A DNA stretch of 23,793 nucleotides from positions 1-23,793 of the forward strand of contig JAEOTS010000096.1 in NCBI GenBank assembly GCA_016839745.1, read 5' to 3'. Source of the stretch: Promethearchaeota archaeon. Lineage in GTDB: Archaea; Asgardarchaeota; Lokiarchaeia; Sigyniarchaeales; SOKP01. The notes below the pieces were generated by a model. The model made no database searches and had not been told where the DNA came from. It saw nothing but the letters and a program-made list of their open reading frames with translations. Position numbers and translations under genes: made by a program. Within the stretch, counting starts at the first letter, position 1. Every line of letters starts with the position of its first letter. This document shows positions 17,707 through 23,793 of this stretch, one piece after another.

Positions 17707-20412
17707 TTAACTATTTGACACTTTAAACTCGTAAGAGCCAGATCCAATATATAGAATTATACAATTTTCTTTTTTCTCTAAGCATTCTATATTGGTGTTT
17801 TTCGCGTCATAGCTACCATTTTTGAATAGTAGTCTATCTCCCTCTCTAATTTCAGACTCTACCTTTTCTAAAGGAAGCCAAACTTCTGATTTCACACCAA
17901 CTGGAATATTTATTTTCAAATCTAAGAACCTGTCTTTTTTTTCCCAAGAAACAGCTACAGTACCTTTAATGGTGTTAATCTTACAACTTGCATATGCCAT
18001 ATCTGAGGGTATAAAGGGTTTAATTTGTAACATTTTCCATCCAGGCTCCTTTAGAGAAACCCCTGTAAGTGTTTTGTAGAACCAAGTGTCCACCGATCCA
18101 TTCATAATATGATTGTGTGAATTCATTCCACTCCCTTCTAATTTCTCCCATCGTTCCCATAAAGTAGTAGCACCTTCTCTAATCATATAACCATATCCAG
18201 GGAAAGATTTTTGGTTTATCATCCTATAGATTATTTCTGGATAACCATTATCTGTTAAGACATCAAAAATATACCTTGTTCCAACTATGCCCGTATTAAA
18301 ATGATAATCGTAATCTTCTTTAATGGAATTGACGAGAGATTTAATAACATCATTATGCTTGTTTTCAGGAACCATTTTTAAGTACAAAGGTAAAACATTT
18401 GATGTTTGGCTAATTGCGTCATCAGTTGGAGAGAGTTTAGTTACCTCATATATGAATTTTAGAAATCTTTTATTAAAAGCTTCTTTAATGTTTTTTGATT
18501 TTGATGCATAATAATCATAGTCTAAGCGGTTTCCTAATATTTTAGCGATCTTAGAAAGAAAAAGAGTATCGTGATAATAATACCAAGAAGATGTTAATGC
18601 TACTGGAGTCTTTCGAGATACAACGCTATTAGGTGGACACCAATCACCATATTTACCCCATAGAATCAAATCTTCTTCAGAGATAGAACTAAGAAAATCT
18701 ACATATTTCTTTAAATCATCGTAATTTTCTTCTAATATGCGGGTATCATTATAATACCAATATATATACCAAGCAATTGTAATGTATGCGGCCCCCCAGG
18801 CGGGATCTGCGGGATAAAAATTCCAATACGGAGGTACTACATCTGATATACTACCATTATCTTTCTGAGAATTTTTAATATCGCGTAAATATTTGGTGTA
18901 AAATCGAGCCATATCAAAATTCAAAATTGCTTCTTCTGCCGCGAGGTGTGCATCTGCCATCCAACCTTGCCTTTCATCCCTTTGAGGACAATCAGTAGGA
19001 ATACTCATCAAGTTACTTAATTGACCCCATATCACATTATTATGAATTTTATTTATTAAATCATTAGAGCAATTAAATGATCCAACATTCTCTACATTAG
19101 AATGAAAAAAGATTCCTTCTAGACTCTCTTTATTAGGTACTCCTGGAAATCCCGTCATTTCTACATATCTAAATCCATGATAAGTAAAATGTGGTTCATA
19201 AATTTCGTATCCATTTCCCTTTAAGATATAGATGTCAGTTGCTCGAGCACCCTGGTTTGTCGCTATGTTAATAGTTCCATCTTCATAAATTAACTCTGAA
19301 AATCTTAATCGTATTTCCGTACCTCTCGGCCCTTTAACTTCTAACTTTACATATCCAGTAAAATTTTGGCCGAAATCGAAGACAAAAGTTTCTGGTTTAG
19401 GAATATTTAAGTCTATAGGTTTAAGAGTCTTTGTAACCTGGATAGGTTGCATCATCTGAGAAGCTAGACTATAACCACTCACAATAGCAACTTTATACCA
19501 CTTTGTATCGTCATAATTTGGTTTGTCCCAACCGGGCATTTCAAGTCGAGCATCATAAGTCTCACCATAATATATTCCATTTTCTTGAATTGGACCGTTT
19601 GAACCTTTCCAAGTATCATCGGTGAGAATTGTATCACAGCTTCCATCAACATAAAGGATATTAATCTGTAAAATTAATTTTGGAAAGTCAAAACCAAACA
19701 ATTCAATACAACGACCGTTACCCAAAATAACTCCGATAGCATTAGAATCTTTCAAATAATCCGTAATATCATAACTAGAGTATAAAGCTACTTTATTATA
19801 GTCTGTTTGTGCAGGTTCGAGAACACGATTTTCAATTTTTTCACCATTAATTCTAAATTCATAATATCCTAATCCACACACATATGCTTTTGCTGATTTC
19901 ATTTTTTTCATAAGGGAAAATTCTTTTCTTAAATAGATTGCATGTACTTCTTTTAAGCGACCCACTAAACCTCTTTTATTGTATTTGTATTGATGTAATC
20001 TGCGATCTTTTCTTTTAATAAATTCTTTTCTGCTAATCCATTTCGCTTTCCAATCGGATTCCTCAAATAGTGCAGTTTCAAAAAAGCTGGAATTACTATA
20101 TTCACTTTCATTTCCTTGCTTATCCCACCATTTTACTCTCCAGTAATAGGCTTTATCACTTTCTAACCCAGGACCATTATAGACTATGTTAATTGTTTCG
20201 TCAGATACAACTTTACCACTATTCCATGTATATCCTCCGTCGCTTTCAGATAGATTCCTATTAGAGGAAACAATTATCTGATAAGCACTTTGAATTTGAT
20301 TTCTTTCTATGTGGTCTAAACTCCAGGAAAAACGGGGTCTTCGTACATCAATGCAAATTGGATTAACAAGGTATTCACATTTCAAATTATAGGGAGGTTT
20401 AATCATATTCAA
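17707..20412 (-). CDS. Alpha-L-rhamnosidase, glycoside hydrolase family 78
   Basis: FDFGQNFTG, FTYHGFRYVE, IPTDCPQRDERQGWMAD, YGDWCPP, GATTLWERWE, MNSHNH; no signal peptide apparent. Confidence 0.93.
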   Translation of the reverse strand: MNMIKPPYNLKCEYLVNPICIDVRRPRFSWSLDHIERNQIQSAYQIIVSSNRNLSESDGGYTWNSGKVVSDETINIVYNGPGLESDKAYYWRVKWWDKQGNESEYSNSSFFETALFEESDWKAKWISRKEFIKRKDRRLHQYKYNKRGLVGRLKEVHAIYLRKEFSLMKKMKSAKAYVCGLGYYEFRINGEKIENRVLEPAQTDYNKVALYSSYDITDYLKDSNAIGVILGNGRCIELFGFDFPKLILQINILYVDGSCDTILTDDTWKGSNGPIQENGIYYGETYDARLEMPGWDKPNYDDTKWYKVAIVSGYSLASQMMQPIQVTKTLKPIDLNIPKPETFVFDFGQNFTGYVKLEVKGPRGTEIRLRFSELIYEDGTINIATNQGARATDIYILKGNGYEIYEPHFTYHGFRYVEMTGFPGVPNKESLEGIFFHSNVENVGSFNCSNDLINKIHNNVIWGQLSNLMSIPTDCPQRDERQGWMADAHLAAEEAILNFDMARFYTKYLRDIKNSQKDNGSISDVVPPYWNFYPADPAWGAAYITIAWYIYWYYNDTRILEENYDDLKKYVDFLSSISEEDLILWGKYGDWCPPNSVVSRKTPVALTSSWYYYHDTLFLSKIAKILGNRLDYDYYASKSKNIKEAFNKRFLKFIYEVTKLSPTDDAISQTSNVLPLYLKMVPENKHNDVIKSLVNSIKEDYDYHFNTGIVGTRYIFDVLTDNGYPEIIYRMINQKSFPGYGYMIREGATTLWERWEKLEGSGMNSHNHIMNGSVDTWFYKTLTGVSLKEPGWKMLQIKPFIPSDMAYASCKINTIKGTVAVSWEKKDRFLDLKINIPVGVKSEVWLPLEKVESEIREGDRLLFKNGSYDAKNTNIECLEKKENCIILYIGSGSYEFKVSNS

Positions 20413-20515
20413 ATCTAAATCTATTTGTTTTTACTAGTATCTATAAAACAACATTAATGGAAAATATAATGTATCTTAACCATTCATAAAGTTTTATTTA
20501 AAATTAAAATTTAAT

Positions 20516-21679
20516 GTGATGAGGATTCAAATTATGGAAAGTAAGGGATATTGTGACGAGCGATTTATTTCAGCAAAACGCGCTTTTGAGAAAAACTTTG
20601 ACTTAGGATTAGAGGTTGGAGCTTCTTTTGCTGTTTCATTAAACGGTGAATTAGTTGTAGATTTATGGGGAGGATATTCTGATTCAGCTAAAACTAAACT
20701 TTGGGAAAAGGATACTATTGTCAATGTTTTCTCAACAACAAAAATTATGACCGCATTGTGTATACATTTGTTAATTGATAAAGGCTTAATAGATGTGGAA
20801 GCACCTGTATTCAAATATTGGCCTGAATTTGCCCAGGCAACTAAAGAAAATGTACTAGTCAAACACTTATTAAGTCATAGTGCAGGTCTTCCAGGATTTG
20901 ATGAAAAAATACCTGTTGAAGCGTTGTATGATTGGGATCGCATTATTAACTTATTAGCCTCACAAAAACCGTGGTGGAAGCCAGGAACAAAAATTGGATA
21001 TCATATGATAACATTCGGTTATCTTTTAGGAGAATTGGTACGAAGAGTTACTGGTAAATCTTTGGGAAACTTCTTTCGAGAGAATATTGCTAATCCACTA
21101 GATATTGATTTCCATATAGGTCTACCAGAAAGTTACGATCCCAGAGTAGCAGATATTATAACCTCAGAGGAAATCTTTTTTAAATGGCAGATAATTTTAG
21201 TGAAAATGTTTTTTAGAAAAACTGCGAAGGTTTTCTATAATCCAAGTCTAGAAAATCTTAACATTAACGGGAGAGCTTGGCGCTCTGCAGAAATTCCAGC
21301 GGGGAACGGACATGGAAATGCGAGATCCATTGCGAAAGTAGGATCAATACTAGCTTGTGGAGGAATGTTTGATCATAAGAAGATAATATCTAGGTCCACA
21401 GTAGATAAAGCTATTGAACCACAAATTAGTGGTCGTGATAGGATTATGTTATATTCCCCTCAAAAGTTTAGCTTGGGATTCGGTCTTTTAGATGACAGAT
21501 TTTTTCTTGGACCTCAAAGTTTTGGATGGGGCGGCGCAGGTGGGTCTTTATGCGTTATGGATCTTGACAAAAAACTGAGCATAGGATATGCGATGAATAA
21601 AATGCATATGAAAGGAGAAGACCCGAGAACAGGACCGGTTTTTAAAGCTGTTTGGGATGTGGTAAATGATGATAAGTAG
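20516..21679 (+). CDS. Serine hydrolase, beta-lactamase class C / family VIII esterase
   Basis: SxxK (FSTTK), LLSHSAGL, GYH, WGGAGG; start possibly ATG 20534. Confidence 0.92.
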   Translation: MMRIQIMESKGYCDERFISAKRAFEKNFDLGLEVGASFAVSLNGELVVDLWGGYSDSAKTKLWEKDTIVNVFSTTKIMTALCIHLLIDKGLIDVEAPVFKYWPEFAQATKENVLVKHLLSHSAGLPGFDEKIPVEALYDWDRIINLLASQKPWWKPGTKIGYHMITFGYLLGELVRRVTGKSLGNFFRENIANPLDIDFHIGLPESYDPRVADIITSEEIFFKWQIILVKMFFRKTAKVFYNPSLENLNINGRAWRSAEIPAGNGHGNARSIAKVGSILACGGMFDHKKIISRSTVDKAIEPQISGRDRIMLYSPQKFSLGFGLLDDRFFLGPQSFGWGGAGGSLCVMDLDKKLSIGYAMNKMHMKGEDPRTGPVFKAVWDVVNDDK

Positions 21680-21711
21680 ATGAAATAAAAACCAAGCACG
21701 AATACAACTTA

Positions 21712-22449
21712 TTATTTGTTATTCTCATAAGCAACTTTTATCGTCATGGAGAGCGTTTCATCAAAGGTTTGACCTTCGATTATGCACTTGTACGGTAAAT
21801 CCTCTGAACTAAACAATTCTGTAAAGTACCCTAACCAATATCGAGAATACCGTTTATTTTGTCTGTGCTTGAATAATAGATGAAACTCATCACCTTCATG
21901 ATGAACATCTATTTTATAAAAGTAATTTGCTACAACCCACATCTTCTGAACAGTTGTGATAACCTCTTCAAGTTTAAGATTCTTTAAAGGTTTACCGGTA
22001 TACCAAAGAATTAAATCAATAGCGACATTTTTTTTAAAAGGTTTTTCTAAAGCGTCTTTTGGAGCTTCAGCAGCTGCGATTAGTTGATTGAAAGTAGTTT
22101 TCCCTATAAGCATCATTTTCATTTCATCCCGAGTTCTTACCCATAAATCGCGATCTAAATTTTTCTGTTTACCATAATAATTAATCGCGTGCTCTAAAAA
22201 GGTGATTATCTTTTCATCGTCTTCTTTATATGTATCAACAACAGCCTTAGCTTCAGGCGACATTGAATTATATTCGTCGTACATCTCAACGGCATCTTTT
22301 ACAAGGTTTGAAATCGTTGTTCCTAAATGTTTATATTTATCTATGATGTTTCGCGTCGTTTCATCAACTTTAACATATATTGGTTTATCTTTTGATTCGA
22401 CCTCTTCCGCTTCATTGGTTAAGTTGTTATTTTTTGCCAAAAAAAACAC
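21712..22449 (-). CDS. Putative transcription regulator: N-terminal ribbon-helix-helix plus alpha/beta C-terminal domain
   Basis: KPIYVKVDETTRNIIDKYKHLGTTISNLVKDAVEMY has the RHH pattern; start may be TTG 22440. Confidence 0.65.
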   Translation of the reverse strand: MFFLAKNNNLTNEAEEVESKDKPIYVKVDETTRNIIDKYKHLGTTISNLVKDAVEMYDEYNSMSPEAKAVVDTYKEDDEKIITFLEHAINYYGKQKNLDRDLWVRTRDEMKMMLIGKTTFNQLIAAAEAPKDALEKPFKKNVAIDLILWYTGKPLKNLKLEEVITTVQKMWVVANYFYKIDVHHEGDEFHLLFKHRQNKRYSRYWLGYFTELFSSEDLPYKCIIEGQTFDETLSMTIKVAYENNK

Positions 22450-22806
22450 CTTTAGAAATTCCTATATTTCTTCCTTTTTTTTTTTCGCGTAAAAAAGTAT
22501 ATACTTTTATATTAATATATTAGATTAATAAATATTAAACTTATTTATAATTAGGGTTATAACCATACCAATTTATTTATGTGGATATATATTAAAATAT
22601 CTCTTTTTTTTGTCGTGTTTGTTTATAATATAAGGGAAATCTAATTTAAATTTATATTTTTAAATATTTTCAAAAAACAAGAAAAAGCTAGATTTAAACC
22701 TATTCCTTCAATACTTTTATTCATGCGTAATATTTAAATATTGAAATATATAATTATAATATAGAGATATAGATAAATATAAATAGATATACTAAAATAT
22801 TAAAAA

Positions 22807-23214
22807 ATGTCTAGAAATAATTCGATAATAGGTTCTATAGTAGGATTAATAATTTTTCTAAGTATTGGTGTATTCTTTCTTTTCGGATCGAGCCCATTCT
22901 TTCTTTTTAACTTTACGCCGTTTTTTCCAATGATTATTATTATTATCATTATAGGAATAGCTGGAGCTGCGTCAGCAAGCTCAAGGCGCTCAACCTGTTG
23001 CTCACCGAAGTCAAATAATAAATATCCGTATTATCCCCAGGAAGTTCCGAGAGCAAATCCATACGTCGTAAAATCTTCGAGTAGTTCTATGGTTCGACCT
23101 ATATATATAGAGGATACTGAACCTGAAAAACCAAAGGCTAACTTTTGTCAATATTGCGGTACAAGGAAAGATAGAAATGCTATATATTGTCATAACTGTG
23201 GCACTAAACTGTAA
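22807..23214 (+). CDS. Membrane-anchored zinc-ribbon protein
   Basis: Two N-terminal TM segments, Pro/Tyr/Ser-rich linker, C-terminal FCQYCG...YCHNCG. Confidence 0.85.
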   Translation: MSRNNSIIGSIVGLIIFLSIGVFFLFGSSPFFLFNFTPFFPMIIIIIIIGIAGAASASSRRSTCCSPKSNNKYPYYPQEVPRANPYVVKSSSSSMVRPIYIEDTEPEKPKANFCQYCGTRKDRNAIYCHNCGTKL

Positions 23215-23248
23215 TAGGTAATTTATCAATTAACTAAACCAAATTATA

Positions 23249-23449
23249 ATGAGCAAAAGGGATGAAAAAAGGAAAAATTACATAAGGTTAAGAGAAAAAA
23301 GGAGTTCCCAGCGACATACCATAGACATAGAAAAATTAGAAAAATTAGAGAAGGCGAACCATCGAAGAAAATTAAAAGTAAGCATTAAATTGAGACTAAA
23401 GAAGTTAACGCGAATAGTTAATTTAACATTTCAATATTTAGGAGAATAA
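23249..23449 (+). CDS. Small, highly basic hypothetical protein
   Basis: 66-aa ATG-initiated ORF filling the gap between co-oriented genes; no recognisable family. Confidence 0.45.
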   Translation: MSKRDEKRKNYIRLREKRSSQRHTIDIEKLEKLEKANHRRKLKVSIKLRLKKLTRIVNLTFQYLGE

Positions 23450-23495
23450 TTCACAATTTTGGTTAACTTAAATAATAATAAAGGGTGGAAAATTA

Positions 23496-23793
23496 ATGGA
23501 TATTTACGATATATTTTTTAGCATTTGTTTGGGGTTGTTCATAGGGGGTCTTCTTTTCAGCATAATCTCGGTGTTCTTAGCTCAAATGGAATCGCAATTA
23601 TTAGGTCAGGAAATTGACACTGATATTGATATAGATGCAGATGTTGATGTTGATATTGATGTAGATGCCGATATCGATGCTGATGTAGATGTAGATATTG
23701 ACACTGACATAGATGTTGACGTGGATGTAGATGTAGACATTGATGCTGATGTGGATGTAGATGTAGATATGGACGCAGGGGTAGAAATTGATA
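23496..23793 (+). CDS. Partial gene: N-terminal TM helix plus (Asp-X)n tract, NfeD/YuaF/YqiJ-like
   Basis: Not in the ORF track. Translates MDIYDIFFSICLGLFIGGLLFSIISVFLAQMESQLLGQEIDTDIDIDADVDVD... and stays open to the window end. The family is inferred from architecture only. Confidence 0.75.
   Translation, partial: MDIYDIFFSICLGLFIGGLLFSIISVFLAQMESQLLGQEIDTDIDIDADVDVDIDVDADIDADVDVDIDTDIDVDVDVDVDIDADVDVDVDMDAGVEID
23616..23777 (+). repeat. Coding hexanucleotide repeat (GAY-RYN)x27 encoding 27 Asp-X dipeptides
   Basis: Counted directly from the sequence. Confidence 0.9.

Noticed and set aside
20516-21679. Antibiotic-resistance beta-lactamase
   Set aside because: Motifs fit cytoplasmic family VIII esterases; no signal peptide is apparent
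8941-23229. Nested or antisense short ORFs (8941, 12950, 15124, 15616, 15783, 17822, 18323, 20527, 21514, 22202, 23011)
   Set aside because: They overlap long, well-supported genes and have no independent evidence
23616-23777. CRISPR array or non-coding satellite
   Set aside because: It is an in-frame 6-bp codon-pair repeat without spacers, inside a coding sequence

Overview
AT-rich archaeal window, most likely from Asgard archaea (Lokiarchaeia-like). This is inferred from a schizorhodopsin gene, TATA/oligo-T transcription signals and the protein families present. No rRNA, tRNA, CRISPR array or transposase was seen. From left to right the window holds: a partial coiled-coil/RHH/PCI-like winged-helix gene (missed by the ORF track) behind a bactofilin-like beta-helix gene and a 29-codon leader ORF; a heterodimeric ABC exporter; a co-oriented membrane cluster (His-rich polytopic protein, TspO/MBR-like protein, 2-TM protein, schizorhodopsin with all key residues, and a duplicated TspO C-terminal fragment); an internally duplicated helical protein; a cupin; an ICMT-family methyltransferase; a tail-anchored Zn-ribbon protein; an alpha/beta hydrolase with Cys where the catalytic Asp is expected; a tandem double bacterioferritin; a VOC protein; a GH78 rhamnosidase; a beta-lactamase-fold esterase; an RHH regulator; a membrane Zn-ribbon protein; and the start of an NfeD/YuaF-like gene with 27 Asp-X repeats. 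The best candidates for new biology are the schizorhodopsin/TspO/His-rich membrane protein locus, the bactofilin plus RHH-PCI operon, and the fused double ferritin.
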